DNA from: Amoebidium appalachense | Lineage: Eukaryota > Protista > Ichthyosporea | Length of the DNA stretch: 64,000 bases | Assembly (NCBI GenBank): GCA_963693365.1 | Contig: CAVNZM010000005.1 | Span: 12,857,728-12,921,727 of the forward strand | Reading direction: 5' to 3' | Shown: one piece after another, positions 1 to 19,930 of the stretch | Numbering within the stretch: position 1 is the stretch's first letter | How the letters are laid out: each line of letters begins with the position of its first letter | Made by a program: the position numbers and the translations under genes | The notes under the pieces: model-generated | What the model was told of the DNA's origin: nothing | What the model saw: the letters and a program-made list of their open reading frames with translations, nothing else | The model's database searches: none

Positions 1-59
<59 letters not shown>

Positions 60-64
60 CGTAC

Positions 65-1058
65 CGCCCAGGTCTTTATGCATGGCAAGTGGAACTTATG
101 TGTGCATCCCGTCTGGCCTATCAGTCTGTGCTCTTCCAGCTCGTTTTCATCCCCAGTGGTGGGGTTGCCACAGGGGGGCAACTCATCATAACAGATCGGA
201 CAATCCTCCGTCTCATCTCCACCGAACCCTTCCCCCTCTTCCTCTGCTGGCCGTTTTCCCTTTGGGTCGTCTTCTATGTTTCCTGTTTCTGTTTCTACTT
301 CTCCTTCCTCGTCTTGATCTTCCTCTTCCTTGGGTTTTTTATCGTCAGCTATATCTTCCTCCTCGCCTTCATTTTCTTCCTTCTGGAACTGGCCTTGCTG
401 GAACAGATTGCTATACCCCTCCATATCCTCTTCTATCCCTGGCTCATGTTTCACTCTCTCTTCTACCTCCTCCTTCACCCGGGCTTCCTTCTTGACCGTT
501 TGATCGAATCTCCCTTGCAACCTATACCCCTCCCTATCCTCTTCTATCCCTTGCTCACGTTTCACTCTCTCTTCTACCTCTTCCTTTACCTGGGTATCCT
601 TCTTGACCGTTTGATCGACTCTCGCTTGCAACCTGAAGTGGGGTTGGATAAGTACCCTCCTCCGCCCAGCAGCCTTATTCTCTTCCGGGACTTCAGACCT
701 CAATCCGTTTTTGTCAACCTCATTTGTTAAACCAAATGAGTAAAGTAGCCCTTCTTTTTTCTTTCCTTCTCTTGCTATAGATCTGCCAATACTATCTCAC
801 GAATCTTCACGGTTTCGCACAAAGAAGTGTTTGCCCACACGAGACTACACATCTACCTACATACACGGGCATTCTTTTTATGTTACCATTCAAACGGAGG
901 GAGAACACCGCAGCGGGGATGCCCGACAGGAGCACGCACACGCACATACACAATAACACGCACCTGTCTTTGCTGCACCTCAGCACGTGCAGGTCCCTGT
1001 TGCTAGGTGGCACCAGCCTGCCACAGGCCGTGCACACCTCAGCCCCTGCGTCGCCCAT
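65..1058 (-). CDS. RING-H2 zinc-finger protein (putative E3 ligase) with N-terminal C2HC zinc knuckle; 3' part continues off the window start
   Basis: Exon 1 1058-964 (MGDAGAEVCTACGRLVPPSNRDLHVLRCSKD, AG|GTGCGT). Exon 2 781-65 (GGCAG| acceptor) is an open charged frame ending CPICYDE...GCTHKFHLPCIKTWA|GTACGT, the first six RING-H2 ligands plus the conserved W. The + strand ORF 89-730 is its antisense shadow. Confidence 0.8.
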
Positions 1059-1634
1059 GACTATGGGCACGCCTGTCTGCTTACTGCGTTATACCCCCAC
1101 TTAAGTTATGCTAACCCTGCACTACCTTGCCAGCCATTACTTGCCCCCATCTATCTGATATTAACCACACACTCTTCTCTTTCTGTTACACGCTGATGCA
1201 TTTCTTTTCTGAGTTTCGTTCTTGTTTTCAACTTGGAATGACCTGCTGCCCGGCAGGCCTGGGGCTATCTAGGGCCCAGTCGCTGACTGGCTAACTGCGC
1301 ACCCAAGCACAAGCCCGGATTACGTAATAGCTACCGCCGCCAGCCAGCAAGGTAATCTGTAAATCGTCAATCTAGATCGAGCCGATTTGACCAAACACGT
1401 AGATAATAGCCTAAACAAACGATTTGGGCATAATATATCTCACGTTTATTGTAACATTATAATTTGGTCTGTATGCATCCACCCAAACAGAAACCTACGT
1501 AGCTAATCTTACAGATCAACCGAACTGTTTGCAATTCAGAACCGTTCCAGGGTCATCCTCTGACAGTACCCAGATTACCCACACACGCTGGCAGAGCCTT
1601 CCACTTCCCTCATTCTCTTCCCTCATGTTGCACC
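1059..1634. promoter_or_regulatory. Putative bidirectional promoter between divergent RING and RlmI-like genes
   Basis: The two ATGs (1058 minus, 1635 plus) face away from each other ~575 bp apart. The interval is unique sequence without microsatellites. Position-based inference only. Confidence 0.45.
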
Positions 1635-6937
<5,303 letters not shown>

Positions 6938-6967
6938 ATATGCGCCACCCACTTGCATGCACGGGTG

Positions 6968-7130
6968 CTTGACACGTGTGTTCATGTGTGGACGTGCCTT
7001 GACACGTGTGTTCATGTGTGGACGTGCCTTGACACGTGTGTTCATGTGTGGACGTGCCTTGACACGTGTGTTCATGTGTGGACGTGCCTTGACACGTGTG
7101 TTCATGTGTGGACGTGCCTTGACACGTGTG
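6968..7130. repeat. 30-bp tandem repeat (GACACGTGTGTTCATGTGTGGACGTGCCTT) x~5.3 in the 3' UTR region
   Basis: Five exact units visible just after the RlmI-like stop codon. Confidence 0.95.
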
Positions 7131-8303
7131 CGCATTCAAGTGTGGACATGGGCTGGGTGCTTGACGTGTAGGAGCACTTGTTCAAGCATGCTTTGTGCAC
7201 GGGTGGGCGTGTTCGTTTCGTGCACGTGTGTGTTGTGTGCATGTGCAGGGAGGACAGCACGTGGTGTTTGGGCATGCAGCCACAAATGCTTGGGCCCACG
7301 TAGATGCACGTGCAAGCATGTTGGTGGGTGAGACCGCATGGATGCACGTGCATGCTCGAACACATGCATGTAAATATGCGCTAGTCCGATTTCGTTCTCA
7401 ATATACTGTCGTAAGTGTATGTGCCTAATTTTTGTTACGGCAAGGGCCGTAGCCAAGAAATGGTAGATCTGGACACGAAGTATTCCGGAATTTAGATGTA
7501 ATTACTATATCCGTGCTCCATCAACATATATGTGGACTGTATGTAGAGCACATGTGTCATACCTAATACATTCAGTCATCCAATCGTAGTGCTCGTATGT
7601 CAACGTTGCAGGTTGCGCAGACCAATAGGAATCTAGCCAGGTCGTATCATGATGTTGCCATGACATTTCAATAAAGTGGGAGGCAATATGATGTTTCCAG
7701 CTCCTGTGATGGAGACAAGTGTGCACATGCAGAGAGGGAGATCATAGCTGCATGGCATGCATTCCAGCTGGCCAATTGCAAGCCCTATATTGCGCGGCAT
7801 ATACGGCTTCCCCCCTCCCCCCCCTCCCCCCCCCCCCCCCCCCCCAAAAAAAAAAAAAAAAAAAAAAAAGAAAGAAAGTTTTCCTGCTGTCGGCCAGAGC
7901 GCACCACCAGCTGTTTAGCACTACTGGTGAATTCACTGGTACGGTAACCCACCCAATTAGCTCTTGGCAACTCACGGTAAGCTTCGGAACTTGCCAGGCT
8001 TTATAAAACCGTCATATATATATGTGACGGTTGGCCGGGGGGCAAGACATGTAATGTGTATTGCTATGATAACTTCACCGCAACAAACAGATTTGGTTCA
8101 GTCTATATTTGGCAATGATCTAATTCCTCGTCATTAAATTTGGGCATACACAAACTTGCTTAGGTGAGTATTGATGTGATGTGTATGCGTAGACACAAGA
8201 CACTGTAGTATAGCTATAGTTGTGTGTGTGTGCAGTACGCGCGCGAGTGTGTGGGTGTGTGGGTGTGTGGGTATGGGTGTGTGTGTGTTTGCCGTGTGTG
8301 TGT

Positions 8304-8396
<93 letters not shown>
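8304..8396. repeat. Poly-G homopolymer, ~90 nt
   Basis: Directly visible; the length may be assembly-dependent. Confidence 0.9.
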
Positions 8397-8398
<2 letters not shown>

Positions 8399-9264
8399 TA
8401 CATGTACCTTGCAGAGTCTCTGATCTAGAGTTGTCTACGTGCAAGCTAGCGCAAACACCAGCGTATGGTTGCATGCAACGGCAAACACTGTGACGGGTCT
8501 TTTTTGACTCGGCAAACACAAACTCATAATACTGGCGGGGACAAGGGAACTTCACGGTGTTAAACACACAGTCGCAAACAAAATATCCTACTCGTGCTTG
8601 TGTGTCCAATAAGAATGGGTATCATGCCCATGGGCCGGGGGGCAAACACAGGCAGAAAGATTCGAATGCCACATGTGTATTATTCACACAGTACGTAACG
8701 TTTCCAAACACGAATCCACCATACATTTCCGGACTCAAAAGCCCCGACATGGAGCACCTTACATACAGCACCGAGCACTATTTTGGAAGTAGTGCCTTTC
8801 TGATGCGCTGAGAGAATAGGGGCCGAGGGTTGCATGAACGTTAACTGTTCAGAGGGACCGGACGCGACAACATACATGTGTCGGGAGGTCTGATGTATCG
8901 GAAAGGAAGAGCATTTGATTGGCTCGATGTCAGTACGGCACTTCGGTCACACGGGTGTGCACCTACATCATCAATCTTACTGAACTGTTACTGGTTTTGA
9001 AGCAAAACCACAGTCTTCGATATGTAAAACGGGTCTATATAAATGCTAGAATATACGAAACATAAGCGCATACGCACCCGCTGCCACAGGCAGCATGTGG
9101 GTTTTGGCAAAGGCAAAAAGTCCTGCCTGCCTCGTTCGAAAAGATTTCAAAAACAAGCAAGAACAAGCTACATGCAATAGCTGTACAAGGTCCCGCAAAA
9201 ACTGTACATATGCGGACAGACTTTACAATAATCACATTACAAAGCATTACATATGGGATTCTAT

Positions 9265-12200
9265 TCACACAGCTTTCACGAGTCTCCTTCTACAGGCAGT
9301 GGAGGCACATGCCATCCGCGCCTGGCCGGGGCAGTTGGCACCACCATTTGCTGGGCGTGGCTTTGTGCACGTGCGGGTTTTTGATTGGTTGCCACAGCGT
9401 CCGGTGCATGGACCCCAGTCAGCCCAGCCGCCATTGATTGGGCATGGCTTCATCTGTGGGGGGAGGAGGCATCAGTAACATGTAAGAATGATGATAGGTA
9501 ACCCACACGTTGTGTGTCCATATGCTGCATTAACCCATGTGCCTATCCATAAGTCTCACACTACATGTGACCTACATGGCAGGCGGGGTGGTATTTGCAC
9601 CGGGGAGTGAGGGAGGTTTGAATGCGGAACACGGTACGAAGTACGCATACACGAAGGACACATGCAAAGGCAAACATTCAAGTATGCAACATCAGCCATG
9701 CGCACAGTATGCGTCATAAGCAGAGCCCATCCTCAGGGAGGGCCCAAGTCATCAATTGCGTCTGAGTTTCGACCCCTTAGCCCGCGTATATACGACTCTC
9801 CAACTCAGACAGCAGCATCAACTGAACTTGGGAGGGTCAACCCGTCTTGATCAAAGACGAGCAGGGTTGCTTATGCAAGCAAGGTGAGCAAAACGGTGAA
9901 TATGTGTGTGCAAACTAATGCAGTGCAGCGGAAAATGCGTATGTGCTTACAGATGCACGACACAGAGCAACCATGCCCGGTTGCATGGAAGTAAAGCGGT
10001 CTCCACACAGTGGTTTGTCCTGAAAGGACACCTCTGAAAAGGGGGGGGAGGGGGGGGGGGGGGGGCTTACGTACATTGCATGTGCGAGTTGACGGGCCTG
10101 TGCAGCCGGTGCCAGGACATGACCTTGCCTGCACGCCCACACCGCACTTGGCCGTGCAGGCACCCCACTGGCTCCACTGGCACGGTGCAAGGCTGCAGGA
10201 CTCCTGCGATGCACCCGGGCACGTGCCCACCCGTGCGCCTCCAAGCATGCACGTGCGTGTGCGCTGGCCCGTGCCGCATGTGCCCTGGCAGGCACTCCAC
10301 TGCGACCACAGGGAGGCCGCACACAGGCCCGGGCAGCTTGTTGTGTCGGGGCCACTGCAGGGGTTGCCGCCAGGGCCTGGGGGTGGGTTTGTGCACGTGC
10401 GTGTGCGTGTGCCGCCGCATGTGGCACTGCACACCCCCCAGTCGGCCCAGCCCCCATGCACGGGGCAGGGGTTCAGGCCACAGGCCCGCTGGTTGGTGAC
10501 GGGCTGGATGCCCATGCCGCCCTCTGCAAAGCACGGCAGGCCGCCGTTGGCCGGTGCGGGGTTTGTACAGCTGCGCAGCTGTATGCCCCCGCCACATGTG
10601 GCCGTGCACGTGGACCATGCCGACCACTGGCCGTTGATTGGTGGACAGGCAGGCATCCACGTGCAGGCCATGGTGGCCTCACCCGGGCACGGTGCACCGC
10701 CATTGGCTGGGGCTGGATTGCTGCAGGTGCGGGTGGCGGTGGCAGACCCACACGTGGCACTGCACTCGGACCAGCCGGCCCAGTTACCGTCCAGGGGGCA
10801 GTCCTGGGTGTTGCATGGCCCCCAGCTGCTGTCGGCACAGTACTTGCCCCCATTGGCCGGTGCGGGGTTGCTGCAGCTGCGGTAGCGGCTGCCCTGGCCA
10901 CAGGACTTGCTGCAGGGCCCCCACTCCCCCCACTGCCCGTGCACAGGGCATGAGGCTGCATTCGAGCACGACCTGGTGCTGTTGCCCACACAGGGCAGTC
11001 CGCCGTTTGATGGTGCCGGGTTTGTGCATGTTCTTGTTCGCACCCCATTGCCACATGTTGTGCTGCACAGGGTCCAGTTGGACCACATGCCGTTGATGGG
11101 GCACTGTCCACCGTTGCACGACTGCCAGGCCCCGCTGCTGTAGCCCCCCGGACAGTTGCCGCCGTTGCACACACGTGTCTGCCCGCCCAGCCCACAGGCC
11201 GCACTGCAGTTACCCCAGGGCCCCCACGTGCCGTCCTGCGGCAGCACCTGCTCAATCCACAGTGCGAGTGCGGTGACTCTCGTGTACAGCCCATAGCCCC
11301 CAGCCTGCGCACAGTCGTCGTCTTCACCAGTGCTCACTATGCCGGTCTGCAATGGGCTGTTGGTGCTGTTGAGAAAGAGAGGCCCCCCTGAGTCACCGGT
11401 GCAGGCGTCGGTGGTTGCCGACCTTGCACACATGCGGGTGATGGATTGATCAAGGTACCAGTAATGGTCTTCACATGTTTGGGCGTCCGTGGTCACCACC
11501 GTGCCTTGCCTGTGGTTGCAGGTTGTGTCTTAGGCACAGCACATACACGCGCACGTCTTTCTCCTTTACTTATCCATTGGTTGGGGAGGGATGATAAATA
11601 TTTGCCTCAAGTTCTTTTTCTTCAGTGTAAATTCTTTCTCTTCATGCTTAGCTTAACCTGTGCAGTGCAGCCTTCACTAAGACTATGTCCCTGTGGCGTG
11701 TACCAGACAACAAGATATGGGCACCCACCTGAGGGTAGCTGATTTGACCTCCTGGCTGTTGTACCAGCCCCACCCCATGACCGTGGAAGACATGCCCGAA
11801 GCATCCAGGGCCGTCTCTATGTTGAGCCGCATCAGGGGCCCAGGTATGGGCCTATCGAGTTCCAACAACGCTGCGTCGTATTCAGCATTTATCGCATCGT
11901 AGGAGGGGTGTACTCGGAAACTAGTGATGTTGGCCTTTGTGAAAACCGCGGAGTCGGGCCCACTGTTGGTCAGCCCCCCTACCCACACCTGCAGGGGGCT
12001 TACCGTCAGAGGGAGGTGTGATAGAACCACGCGCAAGATTCCAATGGCTGTGGTGCAAACATAGTTCCCCATGAAACACACCTCAAGGAAAAGACTATTA
12101 TGCATGAAGATATTTTTTTTTTTAGGGGGGGGGGGGGGGGGGGGAGGGGGTGGGAGGGGGTTACTTCTGGCCGATTATCAAAACAGTTGGACTACAGCAC

Positions 12201-12718
12201 TCGGGACACCATTATTCCGTAAGGACTTCCAACACCTCCTGTTTTCCCCTCGTTGCTGTCTGATGCACAGCAAGACGTGTTTGGAAACAAACAAGAAAAA
12301 AATGTCTTTTTTGTTTTTTGTTTTTTTTTTTGGCAAAGAACCTTGCGCTCTCGAACACCGGCAACCTCACACAACGTTCACGATTCAAGGTACCCACCTG
12401 CCCACCCACCTGGAAGAGCGAGTACTTTCCCATGTCCTTCGTGCAGTGTGCGGCCGTCAGCACCCAGCGGGGGTGCACCAGTGTGCCACCGCAGAAGATC
12501 GTGAACGTGCTTGGCCCCCTGAACCCAATAGCAGCCATCCACGGCCGCCTCTCCGTCACGACTGCGCCATTAAATACACGGGCCTGTGGGGTCACCACGG
12601 GGTCCCCCGTGGGCCCCAGCTCTACCGTTGCCAGTGGCCGCAACTCATGTTTAGGCCGTGCCCAGGCGCTAGGCACGGCAGCCAACGCGCACGCAAGCAG
12701 TGCCGCGTGTAGGCCCAT
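9265..12718 (-). CDS. Secreted trypsin-like (S1A) serine protease followed by 9 thrombospondin type-1 repeats, ~730 aa, 4 exons
   Basis: Exons 12718-12410, 11988-11729, 11509-10075, 9453-9265 (2193 nt, GT-AG). Signal peptide [20 protein letters not shown]; activation site QAR|VFNG; catalytic triad TAAHC / YDAALL / [10 protein letters not shown]; nine WxxWxxCxxxCG...R.R.C repeats. Confidence 0.93.
9616..9903 (-). mobile_element. Structured-RNA interspersed element, subfamily A, full length, in the last protease intron, sense to host
   Basis: Near-identical reverse complement of 36697-36977; ends ...GCATTCAAAC followed by C-rich sequence. Confidence 0.85.
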
Positions 12719-14633
12719 GGCCGGTTACCTGTGTGCGCCACAATGCACCAGCCACAAAGTGTGTGGCTGCATTTGTAAAGAAAAGAGTGTGTGCTAAACT
12801 ACGTTTGTGTTCACTCAAATACGCAGGGTCGCTACTGTGTGAACGTATGGAGATAACCTACATGCAAGTGAAGGCCCTGCTCCTCGTTTTGTACGACTAC
12901 TTCGTGAGTCAAGTGTGCAGGCTAGATACCCAAAAGACTATATGCCCCTATGCCGCTAAGAGGCTGCTGAGTGCAAAGAGGCTCGTTGGTAGACATCTGA
13001 ACCCACACAGTGAGCACACTGGAGCGAGCCCCCTAGACACTATTTGAGAAGGAGAATGTGGGGCTCCGTGAAGACCAGGCTATATTACCGTCACACTCTT
13101 TACTTTGCAACGACTATAAAGGTTTTAGCCTTTTGGATTGGGTCTAAAAGCCCTAAACATACATCAAATTATTTATTCATAATGTAATGTATTCAATATT
13201 TTTTTTAAAAAAAAGAAACGGCCATGCGTATAGTATTAAAAATAGCAAAATGCGGAATCACTGAACGGAGTATAGGGTGTCACGGCCAGCCAACCGCATT
13301 CCAACGTTGCAGCAACTGTGATCCGGCGTTTCGACTATTCCTTATGAGCTTTATGGCCAAAACCAGGGATCACTTAGGGCAAACAGGTATATAGATTTAT
13401 TTACACTGTTGACGATTACACATAATCCGTGTTTTATAAGGCATGCAGCGATATTTCGCACTTCTACAAACGTTCTGATGCTGCTGCAGCTGAGCTGGTG
13501 TCCCTCCAAGGGATCTGGGCCAATCATCTGATCAAGCAGAGCAGGGTGGAATGTTGCATTAAAATGCCAAATGACGAACATCCGAAGACCGAAGTCACTA
13601 ATGATATAGGCAACTCACTTTGCATATGCATCACTGCACATCGCGTGCCTCTATATTTAAAAAAAACCAAAAAAAAAAACCTTAACCAATAACCACTAAT
13701 AAAGCCCATACCTTCATTTAGCCTTCTTCAGCTTAGCCTAGATAACGGACGGCTTCGTGGGTCTTCTCCTTTGCCTCTCTTTTTTGGGGGGTCAGGAAGT
13801 CAAATTCGGTCAAATTCCGAGGTCGTGCCTCGAGCTCGTACACTGTGACGTTCCGGGTCAGGCTCGTACGTGTGCCGGTATTCCCGTATCAATGTAGAAT
13901 ATATCAAGAGAAGATGTCCCCTTACATTATATTGAATAGTACCTTTTAATTTTATCTGGAAGTTTAATGCTATTGTCCTATGAACACCTGTAGTGGAGTC
14001 CAATCTTGGCATCATGACATAATGTTGGCAATCATGCACTCAAATTTCAAAAACTGTTTTTTCAAGCTTTCGAAAAAAAGAAAATTCAGCTATTCCTGGT
14101 TTCACAACCCCCCCTCTAAGCATTGGGGGATATTCTGTGCGATAAAGCGCACCAATGGCATGGTCTGTGCACCGCATTCCAGATGCCCGTCGCGTGACCA
14201 TGACTCACCGAGTCACCGAGTCACCGAGTGACTGAGTGTCACCGACCACGGTGCTCAGGCCACTGGCACGGTCGTCCGCGTTCCCTTGAAAAATCAGAGC
14301 TATCCACAGAAGGTAGCAGCTCAGGCCTTATTATAGCCGTCAGAAGTGGTCCGTGAAGCCCCGTGAATCGGAGATGCTGGAGACCTCGATATCCAATACA
14401 TATGTACATGCACAACACTCATGCACAACTAGTTGGACTGAGTTGGCACGCATCATGTGGCCTTGGCAGGGTGACAGGCCTCTGCATGCAGGCCCTTCCG
14501 GATCCCTACACGAAGGTGTGCGTATACGACGTATGGCACTCGAATAATAAGCCTTGCAGCAACGTAGAGACCACGCTGGCTGTAGGCTCGATGAATGAAA
14601 GCCCTCGGAGGGCATTGCCTAACGCGATGACCG

Positions 14634-16463
<1,830 letters not shown>

Positions 16464-18295
16464 GACCGGCACTTTGGCAGGACACCATTTTTTGGCCAAG
16501 CAATGAAAATATAACGAAAACAAGGACTATGAGCTGTGAATACAGCTGACGGTCAAACCTGCAACGGCACCGAGCAGCCGAGGGAGGGTCTGTGTGGCTT
16601 GAGCTTTGGATGTCTGTACGAAACAACATCCACCGTTTGAATGTTTATTGGGGAACCAGTCATCGTGATCCTCGCTAAAATGGTGCCTGGAAGCGGAAGG
16701 GTTGTGTGTCAAACTGACTGTGCCATATAACAGGTGCCGTGGCATATCCAAGGTTACTAATAAATACTTGCTCGAGCTCCCCCTACCCTCCAGGAGTCCC
16801 TGCCTTCATACGGTCTATTTTTCAGCACGTTTTAGGCGATGGTGCGACAGGAAACATGCAGCCGACACAAATTGCGCAATAAACCTGGCACAGTTTGGGT
16901 GCCGTAAGTATAGAGTATCACTACAGATTCTATAAAAAGCATACGCCAAGCAGCGGCACCAGAGCAGCACGTGGGAAACCTCCGAAACTCTCACAATAAT
17001 TTCAAGGCATGTCTATAGCTATCGCGATAGTTTCTGTATCCCAAAGCCTTTTCAGGTTCCGAATCGTGTAAAACAGAACACAAGGCTCCCCTATTTTCTT
17101 AAATATCACTGTGAGGTTCGAATTCACGTAAGACCTAACTTAGAACGTGAGGCTTTTGTCATGAGTGTTCAAGAGACGAGCTCCACAGCCTCTTGAATGA
17201 GAAAATGGGCCAGTTTCACGTACATATTCACGTACATAATGGGCACCTTACTTACCTGTATGTGTATATGTGTCATAAGTACACGGGACATGACGGCCAC
17301 GGCCCACATGATGTGCGTGCCCCTACCCCGCACGGCGCACATGATGTGCGTATAGTCTATTCGATCATGGGCACATGCATGATCAGTCAGGCATATGCAT
17401 GCACATGATGCACATGTGTACATGTACACATACTTTATATATTTTGTGATTTCATCTTTGTGTTAACATGAATATCAGGTAAGCAAAAACTTCATATATG
17501 TACGGCACGGAAACATGGCATGCGCAAAGGTAAGTGCCTATCAAAACCTGTAAGTGACACACTTATTCGAGACTATGCGTGTTGCGCGCGCTGCACGCGC
17601 TGCGCCCGCGTCAGCGGCCAGTGTGCGGCTTGTATACCGGATCTACAAGATCAAAGTTTTGAAGATTCTCTGGCAAATCTCTCAATGATTGGCCCAGGAG
17701 ATCTAGATCTAGATCCTCTGCTGCTGGCGTCAGACTCATGATCAGCGCCTGCCTGTCCGTGCCTGAGCGGCGGAGTTCCGAGCGCGTCCGTGCACGTGGG
17801 ACCGTCACGGAGTACTACACTGAGTAGCCTACGCGCTTGCGTGCGCCGGGTGCGTGTGGATGTATACATGTACGTGGCGACTCAGGCTGACTCAGGCCTA
17901 GGCCTATTTGTAAAATTTTAGGCCTGTGCCGTTTGGCGGGTATGAATGCATGGGTGACTGCTTGGGCACAATCAGCTGCAGTGTCATTGAGTTGCATGAA
18001 GACTAACCTGTTTGTGTGTGTGTGTGTTTGTGCACATGTATGCGTGGTGCGTGCAAGTGTACATGACGTGCGCGTGCCTTAAGCTTGTGATGGGTATACG
18101 TATGTGAACGTTCATGCGTTATGCCACTGTCACTTTGTGACTGTTTACAGGTGTTTGTGCGTGTGTGTGTGCGTGCCAAAGGCTTCAGACCCGTAAGGCG
18201 TGCCCCGCCAGGGGGCACGCAGAACCAAGAATTGGCTAGTATGGTATATGACTGGAACACAATTGCAAATGCAAGTGCACAGTACATAGATACGT

Positions 18296-18369
<74 letters not shown>

Positions 18370-18998
18370 CCCGCCTGCCCCGCCCCGGACACACAAAAAA
18401 ATACACCTGAAAAGGAACGTTAAAAAAAAAAAGACAAGGGGAAAAAGAAAACGCGACCAAACACTATTGCAGCCGTAAAAACGAACATGTACACGGACAA
18501 TAGCTGTTCACTCATGCAATCACACACACCTACACAAAGGCACGCAAAAATGCAAACAGGTGCGTGTTTGCGCACTCGCATACACTCGCACATCCTTGCT
18601 TACCGGCCAGAGTAGTCAGGTAGTGCGGGTACTCCACTGGTGTCGACTGACAGACGTGGGGCCTTGTTCTTGCCTCGGCCTCAGCCACGGCGTCAGCATA
18701 CCGTACACTGGTGGGCATAGTTCGAACAAAAGGGAGGTAGACTCTGGCTGGGTGGGTGGCACGCATGACTATGACACTGTGTGGCAAACTTTTAAAACTT
18801 CGGACTTGCAACCACGGCCCTCGGTGTTCAGAGGGGCGTGCTTGCAACACTGGCCGCCCGCCCGGCGCCCGCCCGGCAGCATGCCGCGAGAAAGGCGGGG
18901 AGAAAGGCTTCAAGGTAGGCGGCCTTGAACACATAACTCTGACGTCATTTGAAGAAATCCTGTTGGATATCATTTGGCGCCAAGACGTAAGTGGCTAT

Positions 18999-19194
18999 GG
19001 GGTTTACGCTGTTTACTCGAGGCAAAGAGAACCAGTCTCAGGTATGGGGGGGGGGGTTTTGCTCGGAATATCCCCTCAGCGGTATATCATGATCACGTAC
19101 ATAGATGTCGGGTGGTGACTATATATCAGGGTTTACTTTCTCTACGAGACACCATAAAGACTACAAGGAGAAATCAATTAGTTGGGGTTCCCCG

Positions 19195-19225
<31 letters not shown>

Positions 19226-19257
19226 GGGCTCCCCTCGGGACACTCGGTATCAGCTGG

Positions 19258-19310
<53 letters not shown>

Positions 19311-19930
19311 GTGTGTGTGTGTGCGCGTGCGCTATAATTTTGTAGTGATGTGTTTCTCAAGCCAATCAATACATCTAATAAACAGGTCGTAGTTACGCGT
19401 GTTTAGTATAAAATCAAGGATGTTGTAATTTACAGGTGGGCTATCTTTCTGGGTGTCTGTTGTGAATGTGACGTGTGTGTGTTGCGGTATTATGTGGTCT
19501 ATCAAACTACATTTGGCGATACATGACCGGTTAAACTGGTGTGTGTGTGTGTTGTTTGGGCATGCAAATGATGCCACCTTATACTTATTAGATCTCCACT
19601 GTATAGCACGTGTACAGTAAAAGCGTGGTAATTGATCAATAATACCATCAGCTAGAGAAAGACCAGTTCTACAGGAAGGTAATATGTATTTAGGTGTTAT
19701 ACACTTGCGAGTGCCATATTTGGCAATATGGTTGAGGCGGTCAGTATATATAAAACGAGACATAAGGCTTAGTTTTTCAAGGTGTATGCTTTCATCGGGT
19801 CTAGTGTCGTGTGGTATCTTTTTCCATTTGTTATATTGCGTGATTATCTTGTGATTGTGTACATGTTTAATAAGTAAGTGGCAGTCCAAAGTCACACACA
19901 CACTATTGCGGGGTTTATTTGTATTTGTGC
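18999..19930 (-). mobile_element. 5'-truncated non-LTR retrotransposon 3' end (ORF2 C-terminus plus 3' UTR), copy 1
   Basis: Minus-strand frame ending at 19332: ...TRAIQWRSNKYKVASFACPNNTHTHQFNRSCIAKC...YNILDFILN...; resembles the WR / CP..H..C / 'DFILN' C-terminal signature of LINE ORF2s from early-diverging fungi (recalled similarity). About 650 bp is shared nearly identically with 40561-41239. Common 3' terminus CAGCGTAAACCCC. The 5' boundary is approximate. Confidence 0.7.

Noticed and set aside
89-730. 213-aa hydrophobic + strand ORF
   Set aside because: Codon-aligned antisense shadow of the charged RING-gene exon on the minus strand.
14200-14250. TCACCGAG x3 with a palindromic TGACTC/GAGTCA arrangement
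   Set aside because: Too short to assign; could be simple slippage.
17611-18720. Possible minus-strand exons (MPTSVRYADAVAEAEAR..., ALIMSLTPAAEDLDLD...)
   Set aside because: No recognisable domain, an in-frame stop and no convincing phase-consistent splice chain.
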